NCBI GenBank assembly: GCA_964605655.1
Contig: CAZSDK010000011.1
Coordinates: 37,972-101,971, forward strand
Origin: an uncultured Bacteroidales bacterium
GTDB taxonomy: Bacteria > Bacteroidota > Bacteroidia > Bacteroidales > CAIXZF01
Reading direction: 5' to 3'
DNA length: 64,000 bases
Under the pieces are notes generated by a model. That model did no database searches. It saw only the letters and a program-made list of their open reading frames with translations, and was not told the origin of the DNA. Every line of letters begins with the position of its first letter. Positions within the stretch are counted from its first letter, which is position 1. Made by a program: the position numbers and the translations under genes. Shown here in pieces: positions 7,926 to 16,998 of the stretch.

Positions 7926-9848
7926 ATGGCTTCAACAAACAAAAAAAGAAATTTCTACCGGCTCTCCCTCCAATGGCTCATCGTTGGCCTGCTGGCATAT
8001 ATGGTAATCAGAAACTGGGCTGATCCGGTTTACATCCCTGATTATGAGGCATACTGCCCAGTTGGCGGACTGCAGGCATTCAGCAGCTTCCTGGCCAACC
8101 ATTCTCTGGCCTGCAGCATGACCACGCTGCAAATAGCCATGGGCTTTGCACTCCTGATCGCCGTCATCCTGATGAGCAAACTATTCTGCAGTTTCATCTG
8201 TCCGATAGGTATCTTTACCGAATGGCTGGGCAAATGGGGGCAAAAGTTCAAACTCAGGGTGACCATCACGGGTTGGGCCGACAAGCTGCTGCGACTCCTC
8301 AAATATGGGCTGCTCTTCATCACCTTTTATTTTACCATCCGGTCCAGTGAGCTTTTTTGCCGGCAGTATGATCCTTTCTACGCCGTCTTCAGCGGGTTTT
8401 CAGGGGATGTGGTCATGCTGTATGCAGTGCTTGCCCTGGCCATCACTATCCTCGGGTCCTTCTTCATCAGGCAGTTCTGGTGCAAATACCTCTGCCCGCT
8501 GGGTGCCGTCAGCAACCTTTTTGCTTATACTGTCTTTTTCGTCATCGTCACATTCGTCTATTACCTGATCGTTGGAGTGGCCGGCTGGACCCTGTCCTGG
8601 ATATGGTACCTCGGGGTTTTGTGCCTGGGAGGTTTTATATTGGAAGCCTTGAAACCCCAGACCCGCTTTTTCCCCTTGCTGAAAATTACGAGGCATACAG
8701 ACCTCTGTACCAATTGTAAGATCTGTGACAAAGTATGCCCTTATGCATTGAATATCAGCACCGTTGACAAAGTCAGCCACATCGACTGCCACCTTTGCGG
8801 CGATTGTGTTACCCGCTGCCCTGAAAAAGGAGCCTTGAAATATAATGGAAAAAACTGGCAATGGATGCCCCCGGTTCTCATCGTCCTGCTGGTGGCAGCG
8901 GGAATCCTCTTCTCCTCCCATACCGAGCTGCCTACCATCGATATCAGGTGGGGAACCCAGGAACAGTTTGAGAAATCAGCAGTCTATGAACAGTCAGGAC
9001 TCCTGGGAATCAAGTGTTTTGGAAGCTCCATGTCCTTCGCCAACCAGATGAAGGAGGTGCCGGGCATCCTGGGCGTTCAGACTTTCGTGAAGCATCATGC
9101 CGTTAAACTCTACTATGATCCGTCTAAAATTACTCCGGCAGGTATCAAAGAAGCTATGTTCACCCCGGTAAAGGAGATCCTTTCCCTGCCCGGTACCGAA
9201 GTGACCAGAATAGCCGCCGTCAACACGGGTATTGATCATTTTTTCGACCCCTCTGATGCCGGACACCTCGCTGAGTTATTGAAAATGAAGCCGGGGATAT
9301 TCGGCTATGAGACCCATTTCGGAGAACCCGTGAAGACCCTCATTTATTTCGATGCCTCGAAGTGGGATAAAGAAAAGATTAAATCGGTCATTGAAACCAA
9401 AGAACTTACCCAGGCCGGCGAGGGAAGAACTATAACGGTTGATCTTGATTTCAAAGCCGCCTGGATCAGGGATACAGCGATCGACATGACCAGGGAGGGT
9501 TTCCTTCAGGGCCTCTTTACTCCTTATTACAAAACGTTCAACGACTTTGAAAAGACGGATACCAGCAGGCTGGCTTTGTTTGAAACAGACTTCTTTGAAT
9601 GTCTGTACCCGGAAAAGGCCGATGTCGTGCCCTATCTCAGGAATCACCTCATGGCCGACAAAGGGATCAAGAAATTCCAGACCGTGTGGGGTGAGGACAG
9701 CCCCCTTCTGCGCATTTATTATGATGCAGCCAGGACAACCCCTGCCACCATACGCCTGTCTTTAACAAAGCCAAAGTTACATATCACCTATAAGAACGGG
9801 GAAACTGAGGACATAGACAACCCCTTCACCTTTAGCGGGATCAGATAG
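7926..9848 (+). CDS. NapH/MauN-type polyferredoxin membrane protein with ~300-aa soluble C-terminal extension
   Basis: Multiple TM helices. Two CxxxCP(I/L)G motifs (CSFICPIG, CKYLCPLG). Two 4Fe-4S motifs (CTNCKICDKVCP, CHLCGDCVTRCP). The C-terminal half contains three HMA-like segments. Confidence 0.7.
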   Translation: MASTNKKRNFYRLSLQWLIVGLLAYMVIRNWADPVYIPDYEAYCPVGGLQAFSSFLANHSLACSMTTLQIAMGFALLIAVILMSKLFCSFICPIGIFTEWLGKWGQKFKLRVTITGWADKLLRLLKYGLLFITFYFTIRSSELFCRQYDPFYAVFSGFSGDVVMLYAVLALAITILGSFFIRQFWCKYLCPLGAVSNLFAYTVFFVIVTFVYYLIVGVAGWTLSWIWYLGVLCLGGFILEALKPQTRFFPLLKITRHTDLCTNCKICDKVCPYALNISTVDKVSHIDCHLCGDCVTRCPEKGALKYNGKNWQWMPPVLIVLLVAAGILFSSHTELPTIDIRWGTQEQFEKSAVYEQSGLLGIKCFGSSMSFANQMKEVPGILGVQTFVKHHAVKLYYDPSKITPAGIKEAMFTPVKEILSLPGTEVTRIAAVNTGIDHFFDPSDAGHLAELLKMKPGIFGYETHFGEPVKTLIYFDASKWDKEKIKSVIETKELTQAGEGRTITVDLDFKAAWIRDTAIDMTREGFLQGLFTPYYKTFNDFEKTDTSRLALFETDFFECLYPEKADVVPYLRNHLMADKGIKKFQTVWGEDSPLLRIYYDAARTTPATIRLSLTKPKLHITYKNGETEDIDNPFTFSGIR

Positions 9849-9868
9849 TCCTCACAAACATTCAGGCC

Positions 9869-12800
9869 ATGGGAAGGTGGATGCAGTTGCCAGGTTGGAT
9901 TTTACTTATTTTCATCCCACTATTCGGGATGGGGAAGGACCCTCAAACTGTTCCACGCGCTTTCCACAGTTCATTCATTGAAAACAAGGGACAATGGCCT
10001 GACCAGGTACGCTATAGGGCCACCTTGCCCTACGGTGATCTCTACCTTGAAAATAACTGTCTGACATTCAGCTTTTTGGAAGAAAAATCGGTTCATGCGC
10101 TGCTGAGGTATAAATTCTTAAAAGAACAGGACCGGAAATTACATCCTCTGACCAACACCCGGGTCCCGGCTCACTCCTATAAAGTTCGTTTCCTGGATGC
10201 CAATCCCACTCCTCAATTGCTTCCCTCCTGCCCCGATCCTGACTACCAAAACTATTACCTCGGCAACGACCCTGCCCACTGGGCCTCCCACGTGCTGAAG
10301 TACCACGAGGTCCTTTATGATGAACTGTATCCCGGCATCGACATGCAACTGGTCCAGGAGCAAGGACGATTGAAGTACAATTTCCTGGTCGGTCCGGCTT
10401 CCGACCCGGGAATGATCCGTTTGAAATACGAAGGGGTCAACTCCATTCGTATCAGGGATGGGAAGTGTGTCATTAAAACCTCTGTGAACACGGTGGAGGA
10501 ATTGGCCCCCATCGCATGGCAGACGGATGACAAAGGGAATAAGACCCTCATTCCTTGTCGTTTCGCGCTGAAGGGGGAGGTACTTACTTTTCAGTTTCCT
10601 GAAGGCTTTGACAAGGTGAAAGAACTGTTTATCGATCCTGTGCTGGTCTTTTCCACCTATTCCGGTTCGCCGGTTGATAACTGGGGTTACACGGCTACTT
10701 ATGACAAAGACGGCTTCCTTTATGCTGGGGGATCTTCCTTTATGCAGGGATACCCCACCGTTTCCGGATCCTTCCAGGTCAACTATGGAGGCGGAAGTTC
10801 CGACATCGTGATCAGCAAGTACGACACCACTGGCGCTTTCATGATCTTCTCCACCTACATGGGTGGCAGCGGAACAGAAGTACCCAACAGCCTGGTTGTC
10901 AACGATAACAATGAACTGCTCGTCCTCGGGGTAACAGGATCAGCCAATTTCCCGGTCACCTCACAAGCTTACGACATTACGTTTAACGGGGGGACCGCCT
11001 ACACACTGACTTATATATTGCAGTACCCCAGTGGTTCCGACATGATCATCAGCCGCTTCTCACAGGATGGGACCAGTCTCCTTGCTTCGACATTCTACGG
11101 TGGCTCAGGCAACGATGGGCTGAATACCTTCTCACCGCTTCGTCACAATTATGCGGATGATGCCCGGGGGGAGATAAAGGTCGACGACAACCAGTTTGTT
11201 TATGTTTGCTCCAGCACCCAGTCATCTAATCTGCCCGTCAGTCCGGGTGCTTACCAGTCCACTTTTGGTGGCGACCAGGATGCCTGCGTCGTCAAATTCG
11301 ATCCTACTTTGTCCAATATTGTGTGGGCGACCTACCTGGGAGGCTCTGATGCTGATGCAGGCTACAGCCTGGTGATTGAAGAAGACAACAGCGTCTACCT
11401 GGCAGGAGGAACAACATCATCTGATTTTCCGGTCACCGCCGGGGCTTTGCAGCCGGGGTTCCAGGGTGGCGGTGCCGACGGATACATTAGCTGTCTGAAA
11501 AACAATGGCTCCTCTCTTTACGCATCAACCTATTATGGATCATCCACATACGACCAGATATACTTCGTCGACCAGGATAAGATGGGAAACATGCTGGTAT
11601 GTGGACAGACCAATGCTCCCGGCCTGACCTTCATCAGCAACGTTTCCTGGTCCTTGCCTGGAGGGGGACAGTTTATTTCAAAGATCCATCCCAACCTGGC
11701 AGGTCTGATATGGTCCACCGCCTTTGGTTCCGGAGGAGGAGGACCCGATATCTCACCCACCGCTTTTATGGTCGACGTTTGTGATTATGTCTATGTCTCC
11801 GGTTGGGGAAGCGCAGCTCTGAGCGGGTTTGGAGGCACCTCGGGACTTCCTGTCACGGCCAATGCCTTTCAATCCACCACCGACGATAATGACTACTACT
11901 TCATGGTGATGGAGGCAGATGCCTCAGGCCTGATCTATGCCACCTTTTTCGGAGGCACTGCGAATGAACATGTCGACGGGGGTACCAGCCGTTTCGATAA
12001 AAAAGGAAGGATCTACCAGTCGGTATGCGCTGGTTGCGGCGGTTATGATGATTTCCCCACCACCCCGGGAGCCTGGTCCAACATTAACGGGAGCAGCAAC
12101 TGTAATAACGGCGTCATCAAGTATGACTTCAATATCAACCTGGCCATCGCCGACTTACACAGGCCTCCCTCCGGCTGTGCCCCCTATACGGTGAATTTCC
12201 AGAACACCTCCTTCTCCAACAACCTTACTACTTCTCACTTCCAATGGAACTTTGGCGACGGGAACTACTCCATTCAGTTCAACCCGACCCATACCTTCAA
12301 CCTTCCGGGGACCTACCTGGTGTCATTGATCATCAGCGATACCAGCAGTTGTAACTTTGCAGACACGACTTACCAGACCATCATCGTATTGGGACATAAT
12401 ACGGTAACCCTTCCTACCAAAAATATTTGCCTGGGTGAAAATGTTCAGATAGGCACTCCTCCTCTTCCCGACCCCACCCTTTACTATATCTGGACACCGG
12501 CTGCAACGCTGAGTAATGCCGGCATCTCCAATCCCGTGGCCACGCCCTCTTCCAGCACTACCTATCAGCTTCTTATCAGCAACGGCGTCTGCGCCGATAC
12601 CTTTGCCCAGCATGTGAGGGTCTATGATTTTACCGTAGATGCAGGAAACGATACCGTCGTCTGCGTCAACACCCTGCTCCTGAACGCAACCGCCAGCGAA
12701 GACTCCCTGCTGTTCCAGTGGTCCTCCAACCCTCTATTTACCGATACTCTCAATAACAACCTGGCTGATCCTTCCGTCCTCGTAAACATATCCAATCAAG

Positions 12801-13849
12801 ATAACTGGTTCTATATCAGGACCTTCAATGATTATTGCGAAGCCTTCGACAGTATTAAAATTTCCTTCTCCATCATGGTCAGCCCGGGTAACGGCCAGAA
12901 TCCGCAATGTCCCGACTCCTGTGACGGGGTGGCCATCATCCTGGCCAGCGGAGGCATTCCTCCCTACCAGTATCTCTGGAGCAACGGCATGACCAACGAT
13001 ACCATTTACAACCTCTGTGCCGGGACCTACTTTGTAACCGTAACCGATTCAGTTAACTGTATCAGCGTCAATGGGGTCAACCTGACCGATCCTCCGGATC
13101 TGGTCCTGACACCGGAGGTCACCGACGTGCCCTGCACGGAACAGTGTATCGGGGCCATCGACCTCAGTGTCACCGGGGGAACATTTCCCTACCAGTATTT
13201 GTGGAACAATGGGGTCCAGACCGCTTCTCTGAGCGGGCTTTGCAGTGGTACCTACCTGGTCACCGTTACCGACGACCACCAATGTCCGTCATTCGGTCAA
13301 TATACCGTGGATATTGATCCCATATTGGTGAATATTGAGGCAGAAGCCTCGCCTGACACCCTTTTCCAGGGACAGTCCACCCAGCTATCGGCCACCATGA
13401 TCAGCAACTGCTCCTATTCCTGGTCCCCGTCCGGAAGTCTCAATAACCCTGGGATCTCCAATCCCACGGCCACACCCTGGGTCACAACGACCTATTTGGT
13501 CACCATCACCGATCAATATGGCTGCGAAGCCATTGATTCAGTGAAAATTACCGTTAAAGAGGTGATTTGCCGCGAACCTTACATTTATGTGGCCAATGCG
13601 TTTACACCCAACCAGGACCAGAAAAACGATATCATCCTGGTACAGAGTAATTACATTGAGACCCTTTCCTTCAGGATCTTCGATCGTTGGGGCAACAAGG
13701 TTTTCGAGACCGGGGACCAGAAACAATCCTGGGATGGGACCTGGAAAGGAAATCCCTGCGAAGCAGGCGTTTATGTGTACTACCTGGAAGCCGGTTGTTA
13801 CAATAAGGAAAAGTTCAAGACCAAAGGGAACATCACCCTGATCAGGTAA
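9869..13849 (+). CDS. large surface protein: SBBP beta-propeller repeats, PKD domain, 2 SprB repeats, T9SS type-B (CHU_C/gliding-motility) C-terminal domain
   Basis: Signal peptide present. Repeated (Y/F)xGGSGxD...FPVT motifs. PKD-like WNFGDG...HTF...GTY. SprB units (GGIPPYQYLWSNG, GGTFPYQYLWNNG). C-terminus ANAFTPNQDQKNDIILV...GVYVYYL...GNITLIR. Confidence 0.85.
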   Translation: MGRWMQLPGWILLIFIPLFGMGKDPQTVPRAFHSSFIENKGQWPDQVRYRATLPYGDLYLENNCLTFSFLEEKSVHALLRYKFLKEQDRKLHPLTNTRVPAHSYKVRFLDANPTPQLLPSCPDPDYQNYYLGNDPAHWASHVLKYHEVLYDELYPGIDMQLVQEQGRLKYNFLVGPASDPGMIRLKYEGVNSIRIRDGKCVIKTSVNTVEELAPIAWQTDDKGNKTLIPCRFALKGEVLTFQFPEGFDKVKELFIDPVLVFSTYSGSPVDNWGYTATYDKDGFLYAGGSSFMQGYPTVSGSFQVNYGGGSSDIVISKYDTTGAFMIFSTYMGGSGTEVPNSLVVNDNNELLVLGVTGSANFPVTSQAYDITFNGGTAYTLTYILQYPSGSDMIISRFSQDGTSLLASTFYGGSGNDGLNTFSPLRHNYADDARGEIKVDDNQFVYVCSSTQSSNLPVSPGAYQSTFGGDQDACVVKFDPTLSNIVWATYLGGSDADAGYSLVIEEDNSVYLAGGTTSSDFPVTAGALQPGFQGGGADGYISCLKNNGSSLYASTYYGSSTYDQIYFVDQDKMGNMLVCGQTNAPGLTFISNVSWSLPGGGQFISKIHPNLAGLIWSTAFGSGGGGPDISPTAFMVDVCDYVYVSGWGSAALSGFGGTSGLPVTANAFQSTTDDNDYYFMVMEADASGLIYATFFGGTANEHVDGGTSRFDKKGRIYQSVCAGCGGYDDFPTTPGAWSNINGSSNCNNGVIKYDFNINLAIADLHRPPSGCAPYTVNFQNTSFSNNLTTSHFQWNFGDGNYSIQFNPTHTFNLPGTYLVSLIISDTSSCNFADTTYQTIIVLGHNTVTLPTKNICLGENVQIGTPPLPDPTLYYIWTPAATLSNAGISNPVATPSSSTTYQLLISNGVCADTFAQHVRVYDFTVDAGNDTVVCVNTLLLNATASEDSLLFQWSSNPLFTDTLNNNLADPSVLVNISNQDNWFYIRTFNDYCEAFDSIKISFSIMVSPGNGQNPQCPDSCDGVAIILASGGIPPYQYLWSNGMTNDTIYNLCAGTYFVTVTDSVNCISVNGVNLTDPPDLVLTPEVTDVPCTEQCIGAIDLSVTGGTFPYQYLWNNGVQTASLSGLCSGTYLVTVTDDHQCPSFGQYTVDIDPILVNIEAEASPDTLFQGQSTQLSATMISNCSYSWSPSGSLNNPGISNPTATPWVTTTYLVTITDQYGCEAIDSVKITVKEVICREPYIYVANAFTPNQDQKNDIILVQSNYIETLSFRIFDRWGNKVFETGDQKQSWDGTWKGNPCEAGVYVYYLEAGCYNKEKFKTKGNITLIR

Positions 13850-13875
13850 ATGCATTAACCCTGTAGCTCAAAATT

Positions 13876-14892
13876 ATGTACTTCCGCCTTCTCCTTATAT
13901 GGATGTTTTCCCTGGCACTGGGGAAGGTGATGGCCCAGGACCCGCATTACTCACAGTATTTTCTGAGTCCGGTATATACCAATCCTGCCAACACCGGACT
14001 TTTTAGCGGCAAGTACCGTTTCACCATGAACTACCGGAACCAGTGGAGCTCGGTGACCACGCCTTATACCACCATGTCGGGAGGGGTGGATATGCCGCTG
14101 ACCAGGAAAAGAAATGGAAAAAACTATTACGGTGGTGGTCTTACCCTGATGCGTGACAAGGCAGGTGACGGTGGCTACGGCTTTATTGAAGGTATGGTTT
14201 CGGGATCCTATTTTTTTTCACTAAACAAACGATACGCCCACTACCTGGGTGCCGGGTTGATGATCGGAGCTGCCGAGACCAGCGTGGACTACGACAGGCT
14301 TCGTTTCCCGGATCAGTATAACGGGAGCTATTACGACCCTGACCTTCCGCATTATGAACTATTCGGCCAGGGACGCAGGACCTATGCCGACCTTTCCGCC
14401 GGCCTGGTGTGGTCCCTTTCCCTACCCAGATCCGAATCCTATTATCTGGGATTCAGCGTTTTCCACCTGAACAAACCCGATCAAAGCCTGCTGGAAGGTT
14501 ACCATGCGCCCCTCGATCCCAGGTGGTCGGTCCAGGCAGCCATGACTTACCCTTTCAGTAACAACTGGGATCTGCTGCCTTCTATCTATTACGACCGCCA
14601 GGGCAAACACAGGGAATGCATCGCGGGAGTCATGGGGAAATATGATAAATACAGTACCCCTACCGTCGCGACCATCCTTTACGCCGGACTCTATACCCGT
14701 TGGAACGATGCGGCCATCATGGTGGTCGGACTTGAATATCAATATGTCAATGTTGGAATCAGCTACGACATCAACTACTCCAAGCTGCGAAAGGCATCCT
14801 ATTTCAGGGGTGGCCTCGAACTCGGTCTTCAGTTCATCCTGCAGAAACCACAGGGACAAATGAAACGGGACGTGACCTGCCCTATCTTTTAA
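13876..14892 (+). CDS. PorP/SprF-family T9SS outer-membrane protein
   Basis: Signal peptide followed by QDPHYSQYFLSPVYTNPANTG, the hallmark N-terminus of PorP/SprF. Beta-barrel-like alternating sequence. Lies directly downstream of a type-B CTD cargo gene. Confidence 0.85.
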   Translation: MYFRLLLIWMFSLALGKVMAQDPHYSQYFLSPVYTNPANTGLFSGKYRFTMNYRNQWSSVTTPYTTMSGGVDMPLTRKRNGKNYYGGGLTLMRDKAGDGGYGFIEGMVSGSYFFSLNKRYAHYLGAGLMIGAAETSVDYDRLRFPDQYNGSYYDPDLPHYELFGQGRRTYADLSAGLVWSLSLPRSESYYLGFSVFHLNKPDQSLLEGYHAPLDPRWSVQAAMTYPFSNNWDLLPSIYYDRQGKHRECIAGVMGKYDKYSTPTVATILYAGLYTRWNDAAIMVVGLEYQYVNVGISYDINYSKLRKASYFRGGLELGLQFILQKPQGQMKRDVTCPIF

Positions 14893-14894
14893 TC

Positions 14895-16871
14895 ATGATG
14901 AAGCACTTACGATACAGGTATGTCTGGATTTGGTTATCCCTGTCGGGATTCTCCATGATTCCTCTATCCGGGGCTTACACACAGAACATTTCCGACCTGG
15001 TGGCACAGGGAGACATCCTCTTCCGGGAAGGAGACTATTTCAGTGCCTCAAGATATTACTTTCAGGCCGTCGTGCAGGATTCATCCCGACTGAAGAACAT
15101 CTCTAAATATGCTGAATCCTGCAGGTTGTTCCTGAGTTATGAGGAGGCTGCCTCGGCTTACAGAATGCTGATCCGGAACGATACCAAAAAGAAATTTCCA
15201 GAAGCCTGGTTCTGGTTGGGGATGATGGAAAAGAACCAGGCAAACTATACCCGGGCAGGAGAGGCTTTCCGCGAATATCTTAATGATAATCAGGATAATA
15301 AAGACTTATTGTCACAAAGAGCCAAACTGGAAACAGAAGCCTGTGCCTGGGCACCCCAGGCTTTGCGTGACAGCCTCCCGGTGAAGATCACCCACCTGGG
15401 GAATGATCTCAATACGGTATATTCCGACTTCGGAGCCGTCCAGATGGGGGATTCCCTGCTCCTGTTCTCATCCCTTCAGCTTGAAAATGAACAGGAAAAG
15501 GATTCGATGAACCCTGGTACCTACCTGACCCGGCTCTATGAATCGAGGCTCACCCCTGCAGGTCCTTTCTTACCACAGGCTCTGCCCGATAAAATCAACG
15601 ATATAAGCACCCACAACGCCAATATCTGCTTCTCTGCCGATCATCAGACCTTCTTCTTTACCCGCTGCCCCGATGAACGGACCCCAGATATGAAATGTAC
15701 TCTGTTTATGGTAAGATGGAAAAACGGGAAATGGCAAAAACCACAGCCTCTTTCCGAAGAGATCAACCTTCAGGGTTTTACGGCCACACAGCCGGCAATC
15801 GCCCACGGCCCCAAAGAGGATGTGCTCTTTTTTGTTTCTGACCGGCCCGGAGGCTATGGCGGCAAAGATATCTGGTACTCCGTCGTAAGAAAAGGCAAGT
15901 GCCTCGAACCTGTCAACCTTGGAAGTACCATCAATACCCCGGGTGACGAAATAACACCTTTCTATGATAACAGGACCGCCACCCTTTCCTTCAGCTCCGA
16001 CTGGTACAAAGGCTTTGGCGGATTCGATATTTTCACCGCACGGGGAAATTATCACACCTGGGAAAAACCCGTGCATCTTCCTTATCCACTCAACACCAGT
16101 TATAACGATCTGTACTACACCGTCAATGAAACGGACTCCAACGGCTACTTCACCTCCAACCGGCCGGGTTCCCTTTTTATAAAGAATCAGACCTGTTGTA
16201 ACGACCTGTACCGGTTCACATATCAGCCTCCCAAAGTTAAAAGTGACTCAGTACCTCCCACCGTGGTAACTATCAAAAAACAGATAAGGGAACTCTTACC
16301 CCTCACCCTGTATTTTCATAACGATGAACCCGATCCGGCCACTACCCGTGAGACTACCCGTCTGAACTACCGGACCACCGTGGCCGGATATTATCTCATG
16401 AAAGAGAAATACCGGGAAGAATACTCCCGGGGCCTGAAAGGAGAAGCCTATGAAAAAGCCGGTAACGATATCGATGCCTTTTTCGAGGATTATGTGTTGA
16501 AGGGGATGAGGCAGCTCGACCTCTTTACCTCCCTTTTGCTGAAAGAACTCGAATCCGGACATAAAGTCATCATCACCATCAAGGGATTTACCAGCCCCCT
16601 GAATACGGCAGAATATAACTATTCCCTTGCTAAAAGAAGGATCAGCAGCCTGATCAACTATTTCAGAGAATATGAAGACGGAGTCTTCCTCCCCTACCTG
16701 GATCCCGGTGATAAATCCGGAGGATACCTTCAGTTTCAGGAAGAACCTATTGGTGAGGAACAGGCCAGCAAACTGGTCAGCGACAATCCCCAGGACCTCA
16801 GAAACTCCGTTTACAGCCGCGCCGCGGCGCTGGAAAGGAGGATTCAGATATTATATTACAATTCATTCTGA
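14895..16871 (+). CDS. PorE-like protein: TPR + PD40/TolB-like beta-propeller + degenerate OmpA_C-like domain
   Basis: TPR-like N-terminus. PD40 motifs (FFVSDRPGGYGGKDIWYS, FSSDWYKGFGGFDIF, GYFTSNRPGS). The C-terminal GFTSPLNTAEYNYSLAKRRISSLINYF resembles the OmpA_C GHTD..G....N..LS..RA motif with substitutions. Confidence 0.6.
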   Translation: MMKHLRYRYVWIWLSLSGFSMIPLSGAYTQNISDLVAQGDILFREGDYFSASRYYFQAVVQDSSRLKNISKYAESCRLFLSYEEAASAYRMLIRNDTKKKFPEAWFWLGMMEKNQANYTRAGEAFREYLNDNQDNKDLLSQRAKLETEACAWAPQALRDSLPVKITHLGNDLNTVYSDFGAVQMGDSLLLFSSLQLENEQEKDSMNPGTYLTRLYESRLTPAGPFLPQALPDKINDISTHNANICFSADHQTFFFTRCPDERTPDMKCTLFMVRWKNGKWQKPQPLSEEINLQGFTATQPAIAHGPKEDVLFFVSDRPGGYGGKDIWYSVVRKGKCLEPVNLGSTINTPGDEITPFYDNRTATLSFSSDWYKGFGGFDIFTARGNYHTWEKPVHLPYPLNTSYNDLYYTVNETDSNGYFTSNRPGSLFIKNQTCCNDLYRFTYQPPKVKSDSVPPTVVTIKKQIRELLPLTLYFHNDEPDPATTRETTRLNYRTTVAGYYLMKEKYREEYSRGLKGEAYEKAGNDIDAFFEDYVLKGMRQLDLFTSLLLKELESGHKVIITIKGFTSPLNTAEYNYSLAKRRISSLINYFREYEDGVFLPYLDPGDKSGGYLQFQEEPIGEEQASKLVSDNPQDLRNSVYSRAAALERRIQILYYNSF

Positions 16872-16945
16872 ACTCTGGAAGCGGCCGTCCTTCTCTTCCC
16901 GGCAAGCCTGATACGACCCAAATACCATAGTTCCAAAAACCTGCT

Positions 16946-16953
16946 TACCTTTG
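16946..16953 (+). promoter_or_regulatory. -7 promoter box (TACCTTTG)
   Basis: TAnnTTTG match, 46 nt upstream of ATG 16999. Confidence 0.5.
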
Positions 16954-16998
16954 CCGGGCCGAAAAGAATGTCGAGTATTTACGATAAACCATTATATT

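Noticed and set aside
8400-8921. 173-aa minus-strand ORF inside the polyferredoxin gene.
   Set aside because: Antisense to a gene with clear 4Fe-4S and TM motifs. Its composition is typical of a GC-skewed shadow frame.
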